The notes beneath the pieces were generated by a model. The model worked only from the letters and a program-made list of their open reading frames with translations. It searched no databases and was not told where the DNA came from. Shown here piece after piece: positions 1-9,735 of a stretch of DNA of 64,000 bases (positions within the stretch are counted from its first letter, which is position 1; the number at the start of each line of letters is the position of its first letter). The DNA lies in assembly GCA_023382175.1 (NCBI GenBank), contig JAMCQB010000049.1, positions 2,888 through 66,887 of the forward strand, given 5' to 3'. Source of the DNA: Nitrospirota bacterium (GTDB taxonomy: Bacteria; Nitrospirota; Thermodesulfovibrionia; Thermodesulfovibrionales; UBA9159). The position numbers were made by a program, and so were the translations under genes.

Positions 1-2
1 AA

Positions 3-695
3 GACCTGCTTAAAGATGGATGCATCAACCTCCTTTCGTTCATGGATCACACGCCAGGACAGGGGCAGTTCAATGAGGTCACTTCCTTTAAAAACTATTT
101 CGGCACGGTCTACAAAAAAAGCGATGCAGAACTTATAAAAATTATAGACAGGAAGTTGGCTGCAAAGGAGTCTGTAAAATCGCACATAGATTATGTTGTA
201 GCCCTGTGCAAATCCATGAACATTCCCATGGCTTCCCATGACGATGACTCCGAAGAAAAAATCCAGTGGCTCACCGAAACGGGGATTAGGATATCCGAAT
301 TCCCTGTGAACATGGAAGCAGTGAGGTCTGCAAAAGTCAGTGAAATTTATGTATGCCTCGGCTCCCCCAATGTCTTAAGGGGGAATTCACAGGCGAAGAA
401 TCTCAGTGCAAGGGATGCCATATCATCAGGTTATGCGGATATACTCTGCTCGGACTATTCGCCAATGACCATCCTCCATGCGGTATTCACCCTTGAAAGA
501 CTCGGAATCCTGCCACTTCACGAGGCAGTACATATGGTGAGTCTTAATCCCGCAAAGGCAGCGGGGATTTCGGAGCAAACAGGTTCTATTGAAGAAGGCA
601 AGGACGCTGATCTGGTTGTGGTGAACACCGGTGATGAGATTCCAAGAATAGCAAAGACATTTGTTTCGGGCAGGGAGGTGTTTTCCGTATGTTGA
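3..695 (+). CDS. phnM: PhnM-like metal-dependent amidohydrolase, C-terminal part (5' end outside window)
   Basis: The frame is open from the window edge. Motifs MDHTPGQGQF, SHDDDS, CSDYSP and GKDADLVVV resemble PhnM-type amidohydrolases. The stop overlaps the next start (ATGTTGA). Confidence 0.6.
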   Translation, partial: DLLKDGCINLLSFMDHTPGQGQFNEVTSFKNYFGTVYKKSDAELIKIIDRKLAAKESVKSHIDYVVALCKSMNIPMASHDDDSEEKIQWLTETGIRISEFPVNMEAVRSAKVSEIYVCLGSPNVLRGNSQAKNLSARDAISSGYADILCSDYSPMTILHAVFTLERLGILPLHEAVHMVSLNPAKAAGISEQTGSIEEGKDADLVVVNTGDEIPRIAKTFVSGREVFSVC

Positions 696-1615
696 AAATA
701 GGCGTAAAGATTGACGAAGTGAGGATTGATGGGGATCTGAAAAAACTGGCAAGTGATTTAACACACTATAAAAAAATCAACATAAATGCCACCGAGATAC
801 CTGTTCACGGCCTTGATGCCATTCAATACGGAAGGCTTGATAAAGGACAGGTAAAAAGGATAAAAGAGATTCTTAAAGACTTCGATTTTCAATATAGTGT
901 CCACTGCCCTAACCCGCTGAATCTGATGGATAGAGAAAATCCAGAACTCCACATCTCGGTTTTAAGGGCAACCCTTGAATTTGCATCGGAGATAGGTTCA
1001 AATATTATTGTCTATCATCCCGGAAGATATATTCCTGAAGAGGCATTTCCTGTCAATGGTAAGGTGAATATTTGCGATGATGAAAAAATAAGTCTTCTTG
1101 ATTTTGAAGCATCAGCAATTGAAAAGCTATCTACTGAATATCTTGACATCATTGTCTGCATGGAAAATGCAAGGCCATATCTCTTTCATTCGCCGTACTG
1201 CTATGCAGAACAGCCTGAGTTATTGAAAGAACAGGTATTGAAAATCAATAGAGGTAATGTGAAGATAAACCTCGATTTCGGCCATCTCTACATGGCGTCA
1301 AAGTTTTATAATTTTGACCATGTATCGGCAGTTAGTGAAATTAAAGATTTAATTGCCCATACCCACATCCATGACAACTTCGGCAATGCCGTTTATTACC
1401 ATGAAAAACAACAGACCCACCAGATACCCTTCGGCAAAGGCGACTCGCACATGCCTGTGGGATGGGGAGAGATACCCATAAAAGAATTACTCTCATCATT
1501 TGTTGCCTCTTACGAGGGGATGTTTATGATGGAGTTAAGAAGCAGGTATTTTGAGCATATCAGAGAGTCAAAAGAGAATCTTGAAGGACTCCTTTGGGGT
1601 TTAACCAAAACTTAA
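689..1615 (+). CDS. sugar phosphate isomerase/epimerase (xylose isomerase-like TIM barrel) family protein
   Basis: 308-aa ORF with metal-ligand-like spacing (HCP..., YHPG, MEN, DFGH, HIHDN) typical of AP-endonuclease-2/xylose-isomerase-like TIM barrels. It is translationally coupled to the upstream gene. Confidence 0.55.
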   Translation: MLKIGVKIDEVRIDGDLKKLASDLTHYKKININATEIPVHGLDAIQYGRLDKGQVKRIKEILKDFDFQYSVHCPNPLNLMDRENPELHISVLRATLEFASEIGSNIIVYHPGRYIPEEAFPVNGKVNICDDEKISLLDFEASAIEKLSTEYLDIIVCMENARPYLFHSPYCYAEQPELLKEQVLKINRGNVKINLDFGHLYMASKFYNFDHVSAVSEIKDLIAHTHIHDNFGNAVYYHEKQQTHQIPFGKGDSHMPVGWGEIPIKELLSSFVASYEGMFMMELRSRYFEHIRESKENLEGLLWGLTKT

Positions 1616-1654
1616 CCCTCCTTTAATAATCCTGTAACTAAAAAGACTTATCAT
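1610..1654 (+). promoter_or_regulatory. Pho-box-like promoter (three 7-bp boxes at 11-bp phase plus -10)
   Basis: ACTTAAC cctc CTTTAAT aatc CTGTAAC, then 10 bp, then TATCAT (1649-1654). The architecture matches the sites upstream of pstS, phoA and psiE in this window. Confidence 0.55.
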
Positions 1655-1695
1655 GTTAGCAACATGTCAGCAAATATGTTGGTAAATGGTTGGTA

Positions 1696-2385
1696 ATGCT
1701 ACTGTGTGACTTCCATATTCACACAAAATACTCTGACGGTTCCGTAGAGTTAAGAAGAACCATTGACCTCTTCGGACAGGCCGGCTTCGATGTAATCACC
1801 ATAACGGATCATGTGGTTAATGGGGATAGCTCCATCGGTAAAATTGCCCACAGATTCGGATTATCCGTGAAGGCTGATAACTTTGATGGATATATTTCCA
1901 ATATAAGACATGAGGCTCAAAGGGCATGGGATAAGTATGGAATGCTGGTAATTCCCGGAGTCGAAATAACCAAAAACTACGTCTCATCTGATAAATCTGC
2001 ACATATTCTTATCATTGACATAAAAGAATTCATCCCTGCCTGCTGGAGCTATGAAAAGATATTCCTTGAGGCAAAACAGCAGGATGCCCTGATAATAGCC
2101 TGTCATCCCCATCACATGTCCGACATGAGCAGAAGCACCTTGTATCTCTGGAATAACAGGGACAAGTACGCCAGGTACATCGACGCATGGGAAGTGGCGA
2201 ACAGGGATGATGTCTTTAACGTGATAAGCCTGAAGAAATATCCCTACATAGCAAACAGCGATTTTCACAGGACAAGACATCTTTACTCATGGAAAACCCT
2301 GCTGAACTGCGAAAAAAATACTGGATCGGTAAAACAATGTATAAGGCACAACAAAGGCGTCGCAATAACACTCTTTAGAAGTTAG
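1696..2385 (+). CDS. PHP-domain phosphoesterase
   Basis: The N-terminal CDFHIHTKYSDGS motif and later HPH and DFH histidine motifs are typical of the PHP family. ATG 1696 is preferred over TTG 1690. Confidence 0.7.
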   Translation: MLLCDFHIHTKYSDGSVELRRTIDLFGQAGFDVITITDHVVNGDSSIGKIAHRFGLSVKADNFDGYISNIRHEAQRAWDKYGMLVIPGVEITKNYVSSDKSAHILIIDIKEFIPACWSYEKIFLEAKQQDALIIACHPHHMSDMSRSTLYLWNNRDKYARYIDAWEVANRDDVFNVISLKKYPYIANSDFHRTRHLYSWKTLLNCEKNTGSVKQCIRHNKGVAITLFRS

Positions 2386-2395
2386 GAGGAAGGAA

Positions 2396-3610
2396 ATGGA
2401 AATATTCTGGATATTTACAGGCATAACAATTCTCGGACTTGTCGGATATGGACTTCAGATATTCGCGGTCCGTTCCTATATTTCTCATCCCTCCCTCAAC
2501 TCCGGGGAAGGGGATTCCCTTCCCCGATCTTTTCCGCCGATCTCTATCCTCAAACCTCTCAAAGGGCTTGATGACAATCTATTTGATAATCTTGAAAGCT
2601 TCTGCATGCTGGATTATCCTGAGTATGAAATTATATTCTCACTTCAGGATTTCAATGACCCTGCATATAAAGTAGCACGAAAAATCAAGGATAAATATCC
2701 CGATAGAGATATTGCTATCGTTGTCGAACATTGCGAGGACGGATTGAACCCAAAGGTGAACAACCTGATCCCTGCTTACAGAGTTGCCAAGCACCAGCAC
2801 ATACTCATCAGCGACAGCAATGTCATGGTCGATAAATATTACCTCAGGGAGATATCAATGCCTATGAATGAGCAAGGAGTCGGACTCGTGAGTAACCTCA
2901 TCAAGGGAGTGGGAGGAAGGTCCATCGGCTCCATACTTGAAAACCTCCACATGAACTCCTTTGTCATGGGAAGCGTCTGCTTCCTTGACAAATTCCTTAA
3001 AATGCCCTGCGTTATCGGGAAATCCATGCTGATGAAGAAGAGAGACATCGAAGCCATCGGCGGACTGAAGGCATACAAGGATGTGCTTGCCGAAGACTAT
3101 ATGATAGGCAAGATGATGCAAGAAAGCGGCAAAAAGGTGGTCCTGTCAAGTTATGTGATAAACAACGTGAACCATTATTGGGGTATCATAAAATTCATAA
3201 ACAGACACACCAGATGGGGAAAGCTCAGATGGAAAATCGGGGGTATAAAATATCTTTCTGAATTGATTGGGAACACCGTATTCATGTCTGTGCTTCCGAT
3301 AATGCTCTGGGAACCGTCAAAAATCACCGTCTCTTTTGCGCTGCTTGTCGCCCTGCTAAAAGCTTCCGGCGATTTTTATATCGGCAGACGCGCTGCTTCG
3401 GACCTGAATCCCTTTTTCTATTTTCTTTCGCCGCTAAAAGACATCGTCATAGGACTCATCTGGTTTGTCCCTCTTGTAAGCAACACCGTCTTGTGGAGAG
3501 GCCATCGCTTTATCATAGAGAAAGATTCAGTCTTATTCCCCTGTCCGGAAAACGGCTTCTGGTCATGGAGATACCGCATAGCGAATGCCATAAGAGAACA
3601 CCTTGCTTGA
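2396..3610 (+). CDS. membrane glycosyltransferase, ceramide glucosyltransferase-like (GT2/GT21)
   Basis: 404 aa with an N-terminal TM segment. ISILKPLKG, DSN and EDY (D/ED motifs) plus the RHTRWGKLRW (QxxRW-like) motif and C-terminal TM segments match this family. An RBS (GGAGGAAGG) lies upstream. Confidence 0.65.
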   Translation: MEIFWIFTGITILGLVGYGLQIFAVRSYISHPSLNSGEGDSLPRSFPPISILKPLKGLDDNLFDNLESFCMLDYPEYEIIFSLQDFNDPAYKVARKIKDKYPDRDIAIVVEHCEDGLNPKVNNLIPAYRVAKHQHILISDSNVMVDKYYLREISMPMNEQGVGLVSNLIKGVGGRSIGSILENLHMNSFVMGSVCFLDKFLKMPCVIGKSMLMKKRDIEAIGGLKAYKDVLAEDYMIGKMMQESGKKVVLSSYVINNVNHYWGIIKFINRHTRWGKLRWKIGGIKYLSELIGNTVFMSVLPIMLWEPSKITVSFALLVALLKASGDFYIGRRAASDLNPFFYFLSPLKDIVIGLIWFVPLVSNTVLWRGHRFIIEKDSVLFPCPENGFWSWRYRIANAIREHLA

Positions 3611-4001
3611 TGGTGCGCTGCATGAGTTTGCCCAGCGCGCCATAGGTGAAGGACCCTGGAGAACGGCGAACGAAACTCAAGTGGATATTACCGGACCGAA
3701 GGCCGGATACTGGAACGATACATGGGTAAAGAAGGGGCAAAGGCGTTTCTTGAATGTCACGGACAAAAAGTTTATCGGAACATGATGAGAGACATCGCAT
3801 AACTTAATGTTGCACCATTGCCATATAAAGAGGGGAAAGTAAGCGGATTGGCCAGCTCTCTTCCCTGCCCTGCCAACAAAAAGATTCTCGAGCTTCGATC
3901 TCTTTTCTTCTCAATATTCCTTTCCCTGGATTCAAGAACAATCGACAAATGCACGATATCGGCAGTTCGCTGTTTAATGACCATACAAAGGAGAGAAGCC
4001 C

Positions 4002-5285
4002 ATGAAGAAAGTCTTTGTCCTGGACACAAATGTATTGATCCATGACCCGGCGTCGATTTTCAAGTTCGAAAATAACGACATCGTAATACCGTTTACCGTC
4101 ATCGGGGAACTGGACAGGCACAAGAAAGGGCGCGGGGAAATTGCGGCTTCAGCGAGACAAGCCCTGAGGTCAATAGATGAACTGAGGGAAGCAGGCTCGC
4201 TTTCTTCGGGTATAAGAATGGCCACCGGTGGGATGATCTCGGTAAGTCTGCCTGCAACGAATTCATCAGGAAAGCTTCCGAGCAAAGGAGCAGAGGACAG
4301 TCAGATCATAAAGACTGCTCTCAGCATAGCAGCAAAGGAAGCCGAGGACCATAAAGGCAATTCTGTCCCTGTCGTTCTTGTCACGAAGGATACCGCGGTG
4401 AGAATAAAGGCGGAGTCGCTGGGCATCAGGGTTGAGGACTACATGAACGACAAGACTTCCCTCTTTCAGCAATATGGCAAGGTCCTTACCGATGGCGACA
4501 ACACTAACGGTATAGCGTCTCTCAGATATGTGAGCTCTGAAACGAACATCTACAAATTGGCAGGAACCGAAAGTGTAAGAGCTATAAAGAGATCGAGAGA
4601 AAGAATGGGTATCTCACCCAGGAATGTCGAACAGGAATGCGCTCTGGACGCCCTTTCAGATCCCGGAATCGAAATTGTTGCATTGACGGGCAACGCCGGG
4701 ACAGGCAAGACGCTCCTTGCGTTGGCAGCAGGTCTGCACCAAACTGCACAGGTCGTAAAGAAGACTTCACAGTATGAACAGGTGATCGTTTCGCGCCCGA
4801 TTGTGCCCATGGGCAACGACATAGGATATCTCCCCGGCAACATGGAGGAAAAGCTGACACCCTGGATGCAGCCGATTTTCGACAATCTGGAGGTCATCCT
4901 GAATACGCCCAAAGGAATCATGAAGGACAATACCAATGTCTCGAAGATGAAAAGCTATCAATACCTAATGGATGCCGGCCTGCTGCAGGTGGAGCCTCTC
5001 ACCTATATAAGGGGGAGGAGCCTTCCAAAGCGGTACTTTGTCATTGATGAGGCACAGAACCTGAGGCCCCTTGATATAAAAACCATTGTAACAAGGTGCG
5101 GAGAGGGAACGAAAATTGTTTTTACCGGCGATCTTGATCAGATTGACACACCGTATCTGGATAAAATGAGCAATGGCCTTGCATACTTGATAAGCCGGTT
5201 CATCAATGAAGAGAATTTCTGTTTTCTCAATCTCAGGAAAAGCGTGAGGTCACGGTTGGCAGAACAGGGAGCCAGATTATTATAG
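4002..5285 (+). CDS. phoH: PhoH-like ATPase with N-terminal PIN domain (PhoH2/YlaK type)
   Basis: N-terminal VLDTNVLIHD PIN motif and Walker A GNAGTGKT. VIDEAQN and FTGDLDQID motifs are typical of PhoH. Confidence 0.85.
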   Translation: MKKVFVLDTNVLIHDPASIFKFENNDIVIPFTVIGELDRHKKGRGEIAASARQALRSIDELREAGSLSSGIRMATGGMISVSLPATNSSGKLPSKGAEDSQIIKTALSIAAKEAEDHKGNSVPVVLVTKDTAVRIKAESLGIRVEDYMNDKTSLFQQYGKVLTDGDNTNGIASLRYVSSETNIYKLAGTESVRAIKRSRERMGISPRNVEQECALDALSDPGIEIVALTGNAGTGKTLLALAAGLHQTAQVVKKTSQYEQVIVSRPIVPMGNDIGYLPGNMEEKLTPWMQPIFDNLEVILNTPKGIMKDNTNVSKMKSYQYLMDAGLLQVEPLTYIRGRSLPKRYFVIDEAQNLRPLDIKTIVTRCGEGTKIVFTGDLDQIDTPYLDKMSNGLAYLISRFINEENFCFLNLRKSVRSRLAEQGARLL

Positions 5286-5509
5286 AAGCACTTGAATAGA
5301 GAATTGAGAAGTCCTTCCTTTCTCCGGGCACGCTGACCTAGAGGCTCCCTGGCGTACTTTGGCTTCTTCAATAATACCTGTGGCAGAACGGTCTTTATAT
5401 TCATTAAAGAACTAGAGACTACTGGACGGTGATAATCTACTGAATAAGGAAGTTCACAGTATTACAGATGCACCGCATCGGCAGACGGGTCTATCATGTT
5501 TTAATGCAA

Positions 5510-5554
5510 AATTAACGTTTCTTTCATATCCTTGTAACAATTTAAAGATAAGAT
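5510..5554 (+). promoter_or_regulatory. Pho-box-like promoter
   Basis: AATTAAC gttt CTTTCAT atcc TTGTAAC, then 10 bp, then TAAGAT (5549-5554). It lies 50 bp upstream of the ferredoxin/AOR operon. Confidence 0.5.
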
Positions 5555-5604
5555 AGCCTCGAATTCATAAAGTATTTCTCACCGAAAAAATAGGAGGAAC
5601 GAAT

Positions 5605-6357
5605 ATGAACTGCAAGAAGGAAGAACATTGTGAAGAAATTACTGAAAATAATGAAGAAGGCAGCAAAAGAGTTGCCCTGATGTCATCACGGCGAGAGTTT
5701 CTCAGGAACACATCTATAGGTGCTTTTATTTTGGCCTCCGGACTTGTGCCAGTGGAAGAAGCTGCCGCTGGCAAAAAAAGTGCTGATGTTCCCAAGGCAA
5801 TGAAATTCCTTGTCTTTGATCCAGCCCTCTGTACCGGGTGCGGAACCTGCCAAATGGCCTGTTCAACCCTGTGGAACAATGGTAAAGCCAGTCCGGCCCT
5901 ATCAAGGGTTACCGTATCGAGGAACCCATTCGGCACCTCGGATAACAATTATTCACCCAATCCCTGCCTTCAATGTGTAGACGCCCCATGTCTTAAGGCA
6001 TGCCCCCTTGGTGCAATAAAGGTAGAGAAAAAATCAGGAGCCAATGCAAGGGTCATTGATGAAAAGCTCTGCAAGGGAGTAAGGAAATGTATTGAAGCAT
6101 GTCCTTACGAAGAAAAGCGCATTACGTACGATGCAGAGAGGAATAAGGCATTGAAGTGTCACTTATGCAATGGAGACCCCCAGTGTGTGAAGTGGTGTCC
6201 CAATGGCGCCTTGAGGTTTAGCGGCCCCCCTGATTTTTCTCCCGTGGTTGAATACCTGCCTCAAGTGACTAAAAAACCGATGGTGGATAAAAGCTTTATG
6301 ATCGTCCTTGAAGAAGAGCGGAAAAAAGAACTGGGTTATCCAAGGGAGGAGAAATAA
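5605..6357 (+). CDS. Tat-signal 4Fe-4S polyferredoxin-like subunit
   Basis: Twin-arginine motif SRREFLRNTSIGAFILASG and multiple CxxCxxCxxxCP-type clusters. A strong RBS (AGGAGGA) precedes ATG 5605. Confidence 0.75.
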   Translation: MNCKKEEHCEEITENNEEGSKRVALMSSRREFLRNTSIGAFILASGLVPVEEAAAGKKSADVPKAMKFLVFDPALCTGCGTCQMACSTLWNNGKASPALSRVTVSRNPFGTSDNNYSPNPCLQCVDAPCLKACPLGAIKVEKKSGANARVIDEKLCKGVRKCIEACPYEEKRITYDAERNKALKCHLCNGDPQCVKWCPNGALRFSGPPDFSPVVEYLPQVTKKPMVDKSFMIVLEEERKKELGYPREEK

Positions 6358-6358
6358 C

Positions 6359-8347
6359 ATGCCAACGAAAAAGATATATGGATGGACAGGCAAGATATTG
6401 AAGATCGACCTTACAACAGGTTTGACTTCCATAATACCCACAATGGACTACGCAGAAAGGTTTGTCGGTGGAAGGGGAATTAATGCAAAACTCCACTTCG
6501 ATGAAGTCCCAGCGAGTGTCGGTGCCTTTGACCCTGAGAACAGGCTGACCGTAATGACCGGCCCGCTCACAGGAACGATTGCTCCTACGTCCGGCAGAGT
6601 GGAAGTCGGCGGAAAATCTCCCCAAACCTATCCTAACGAGAGCTATACGGTATCGTCCTTCGGCGGTTGGTGGGGACCAGAGCTGAAATATGCAGGCTTT
6701 GACGGCCTGATCATCTACGGGAAAGCGCCCAAACCTGTGTACCTCTATATACGCGATGGTAAGATCCAACTGCGCGATGCCGCACATCTATGGGGCAAAG
6801 ATATATTTACAACCCAGGAGATGCTCTGGAAAGAACTTGGCGACGGAAGAAAGCCTCAGGTACTCGCTATCGGTCCGGCGGGTGAAAACATGATCCGCTT
6901 TGCCATCATGATGCATGGCAGTTCATCGGCATCAGGTCAGGGAGGGTTTGGAGGGGTGTGCGGCTCGAAGAACCTCAAGGCGATTGTGGTAAGGGGGACT
7001 GGATATGTTGAAGCGGCAAAACCAAAGGAGTTGATGGACGTTTCCTATGCCATGAACAGGTGGATATACAGAGCAGACCAGAGGCCTGAACAATGGACCA
7101 ACATTGCCAGCTTCCATAGAATCGGGTGGTCATTTTTCCAGGGACAGAAGGTAAAAGGATGGAAGTGGCTCAAGAACTACACGAGAAAGGCCGAGGCATG
7201 CCATGCGTGCCCCCTCGGCTGCAGGGTCTTTTCGAACATAACGGATTCCCAAGGCAGACAGGGATCGGCAAAATGTAACCAGTTCTGGTACGAAAAATAC
7301 GATGTGCAGAGGCACAAGGATATAACAGAGGTTTTTTACAAAGCTGCCAAAATGGCGGATGCCATGGGCGTAAACGGCTTTGAATTGATCGGTATGATAC
7401 CGTGGCTCCAGAAATGTTTTGAAGAAAAGATATTTACTAGGGAAGATACCGGAATAGCCATAGAGGATGTAGGGACATTGGAGTTTGCTGAGAAGCTTCT
7501 CAAGATGATCACCTACAAAGAGGGATTCGGGAAAATTCTGTCGGAGGGTTCACCGAGGGCAGCTGATATCATAGGGAGAGGGAGTCAGAAACATTTACCC
7601 CATATGAATCGGGGTTTTGCCCATCACTGGGACCCCCAACTCTGGTCTCCGCAGGCTCTCTTCTGGGCCATGGAGACGCGGCATCCCGTCAGCAGTATCC
7701 ATGCCATGTACTGGGTATTCAGAATGTATGTGCAGGAACTCTGGCCTGCTGCGGGATTTGCATCTTCCGCTGATGTGGTCGCCTGGAGCAGGGAACTGTT
7801 CGGAACAGACAAGGCAATCGATTATAGTGATGAGAACTTCTATGATCCCGTTCATGCCACAGTCGCAAAGTGGATGCGTGAGTATGATGTGGCGCGGCGG
7901 AGCATGATAGTCTGTTCCTATGGTCCGACACCGCTTTTCTTCAGTTCCTATTCATCGGCGCCGCACTACACCATCCCCCTTCGCTCACCCGACCTTGAGA
8001 GTCGTCTCTTCAGCCTCGTCACGGGCAGCGATCTGGTGCCTGACGGCGCCGCCCTGATTGCGGCAGGACAGCGAATCATCAACGTGGAGCGTGTCATTGC
8101 AGCCCGAGAAGGGAGAACCAGGGAGCACGACACCCTTGCAGACTACCTTTTCACGAAGAAGAAGAAAGGCAAGGTCACCGGCCCCGGCGGAAAAGCAATT
8201 GCTGTAGAGCGAGCGATCGACAGGACAAAATTCGAATCTCTCAGGAATGAATACTACAGGATAAACGGGTGGGACGCCGCAAAAGGGCATCCCAGGCGGG
8301 AGACACTCGATGCACTGAATCTAAAAGACATTTCCGTGGCGGTATAA
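6359..8347 (+). CDS. aor: aldehyde:ferredoxin oxidoreductase (AOR) family tungsto/molybdopterin enzyme
   Basis: N-terminal GWTGKILKIDL...GGRG...TGPLTGT...GENMIRFA...GSKNLKAIVVRG and the CHACPLGC cluster motif are typical of AOR. The start was moved to ATG 6359, behind GGAGGA and after the upstream stop. Confidence 0.85.
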   Translation: MPTKKIYGWTGKILKIDLTTGLTSIIPTMDYAERFVGGRGINAKLHFDEVPASVGAFDPENRLTVMTGPLTGTIAPTSGRVEVGGKSPQTYPNESYTVSSFGGWWGPELKYAGFDGLIIYGKAPKPVYLYIRDGKIQLRDAAHLWGKDIFTTQEMLWKELGDGRKPQVLAIGPAGENMIRFAIMMHGSSSASGQGGFGGVCGSKNLKAIVVRGTGYVEAAKPKELMDVSYAMNRWIYRADQRPEQWTNIASFHRIGWSFFQGQKVKGWKWLKNYTRKAEACHACPLGCRVFSNITDSQGRQGSAKCNQFWYEKYDVQRHKDITEVFYKAAKMADAMGVNGFELIGMIPWLQKCFEEKIFTREDTGIAIEDVGTLEFAEKLLKMITYKEGFGKILSEGSPRAADIIGRGSQKHLPHMNRGFAHHWDPQLWSPQALFWAMETRHPVSSIHAMYWVFRMYVQELWPAAGFASSADVVAWSRELFGTDKAIDYSDENFYDPVHATVAKWMREYDVARRSMIVCSYGPTPLFFSSYSSAPHYTIPLRSPDLESRLFSLVTGSDLVPDGAALIAAGQRIINVERVIAAREGRTREHDTLADYLFTKKKKGKVTGPGGKAIAVERAIDRTKFESLRNEYYRINGWDAAKGHPRRETLDALNLKDISVAV

Positions 8348-8350
8348 AGG

Positions 8351-8722
8351 GTGAGTACGTGTCCATTTTGTTCCCTTCCGGCAGAAGACATCCTTGATGA
8401 GAACGAGTGTGCTGTTGCCGTAAGGGATAGTTATCCTGTGAGCGAGGGGCATACTCTTATCATTACTAAGCGTCATGTAGATGATTATTTCAAATTATCA
8501 GAAGAGGAAAAAAAACGGGCCCTCGATCTACTGGAAAGAAGGAAGAAGGCGATAGATAGTGAATTTAATCCGGACGGATATAATATCGGCATTAATATTG
8601 GTGCATTAGCCGGTCAGACAATTTTTCATGTGCATATTCATCTCATTCCAAGGATAAAGGGAGATATCGAAAACGGAGGAGGCGAGTTGAAGGGAGTCAT
8701 ACGCCGCAAGATGAGCTATTGA
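8351..8722 (+). CDS. HIT family (histidine triad) nucleotide hydrolase/transferase
   Basis: HVHIHLIPR histidine-triad motif. GTG start lies 4 nt after the AOR stop. Confidence 0.8.
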   Translation: MSTCPFCSLPAEDILDENECAVAVRDSYPVSEGHTLIITKRHVDDYFKLSEEEKKRALDLLERRKKAIDSEFNPDGYNIGINIGALAGQTIFHVHIHLIPRIKGDIENGGGELKGVIRRKMSY

Positions 8723-8807
8723 AAACTATGACTGTCGAGAAAACCGTCCTTACTCCGCACCTTGGCTCTGCGCACTGTGCTGCGGTTTTCTCTTTAGCTA
8801 AAGAATA

Positions 8808-9218
8808 TTACTGCCTCTTCATCATTCTCTCATATTCCCTGTGCATGAGCTCCGATGACGCCATGAAATCCGCTGTTGCGCGGTTACAGGCCACGGGAAT
8901 GTTGTATACGACAGCAATTCTCAGCAGGGCCTTCACATCTACGTCATGCGGGTGCGGTTCGAGGGGATCCCAGAAGAAAATGAGCACATCGATTTCCCCT
9001 TCTGTTATTTTTGCCCCAATCTGCTGGTCTCCTCCAAGAGGACCGCTCTTGAAACGGTGAATTGGAAGTGATAGCGCCTCGGACAACAACCCTCCCGTTG
9101 TCCCTGTTGCATACAGCTCATGTTCCTTAAGCACTTCGCGGTTGAACTTTGCCCATTCCACCAGATCCTTCTTCAAATTGTCGTGCGCTACCAATGCAAT
9201 TCTTTTTTTGTTTTTCAT
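8808..9218 (-). CDS. mgsA: methylglyoxal synthase
   Basis: [29 protein letters not shown] and [11 protein letters not shown] motifs span the full-length MgsA (136 aa). Confidence 0.9.
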   Translation of the reverse strand: MKNKKRIALVAHDNLKKDLVEWAKFNREVLKEHELYATGTTGGLLSEALSLPIHRFKSGPLGGDQQIGAKITEGEIDVLIFFWDPLEPHPHDVDVKALLRIAVVYNIPVACNRATADFMASSELMHREYERMMKRQ

Positions 9219-9290
9219 TTTTCTCCCCTATTATTCGAAAACGATTCTCGTTTTTATCTCCTCAGAATTATAACATCCATTGAAACTTAA

Positions 9291-9327
9291 TAAAATCCCT
9301 GCCCCATGGATACCACAGGACAGGGAT
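9291..9327 (-). terminator. putative intrinsic terminator downstream of the DUF2934-like ORF
   Basis: On the minus strand, ATCCCTG...CAGGGAT stem followed by TTTTATT. Confidence 0.4.
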
Positions 9328-9404
9328 CTAATGGCAAGACACTTTCGCAGCCTCCGGATGGTTGGCCCATGCCTTCCAGCTATCAAAACTTTCAGAATCG
9401 AAAA

Positions 9405-9563
9405 TCAGTGAACTGTTTCCGCTATGCGCCTTTCCTGCAGGCCGTGCCGAGCTGATATGATATGTTCAGCTTCAAGCCAATTGTCGAGATCACGACCCTC
9501 AACTCTGCCATTGTTTTCATAGATTTCGTATGCCAGTCTTTCTACTTCATCGTGCAGATTCAT
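9405..9563 (-). CDS. small DUF2934-like protein (52 aa, below the ORF-track cutoff)
   Basis: Hand translation gives MNLHDEVERLAYEIYENNGRVEGRDLDNWLEAEHIISARHGLQERRIAETVH. The A.EIYE..GR..GRDL.DWL.AE pattern resembles DUF2934. A GGAGGTGAGAA RBS precedes it. Confidence 0.5.
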   Translation of the reverse strand: MNLHDEVERLAYEIYENNGRVEGRDLDNWLEAEHIISARHGLQERRIAETVH

Positions 9564-9690
9564 TTTCTCACCTCCTTTCCCTAAGGAATATTTACCTTAA
9601 TCATACACCGATATGATTACATCATTATTAAACTTCAATGAAACTTCCCGGTCTCTGATGTCAGTGAGGCTGTCGGAATTCTTAATCGAA

Positions 9691-9735
9691 ATTTCACAAC
9701 TTTGTCATAACGGATTAACAATGGTTTGATATCTT
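9691..9735 (+). promoter_or_regulatory. Pho-box-like promoter of phoA
   Basis: ATTTCAC aact TTGTCAT aacg GATTAAC, then 10 bp, then TATCTT (9730-9735). It is followed by a leader of about 165 nt before phoA. Confidence 0.6.

Noticed and set aside
3611-4001. 390-bp gap between the glycosyltransferase and phoH, with a 60-aa ORF (3603-3785)
   Set aside because: The ORF has no RBS or recognisable family. No phased Pho box, hairpin family or RNA motif could be identified by eye, so the gap is left unexplained rather than called.
8719-9060. 113-aa plus-strand ORF
   Set aside because: It overlaps mgsA on the opposite strand, and mgsA is unambiguous.
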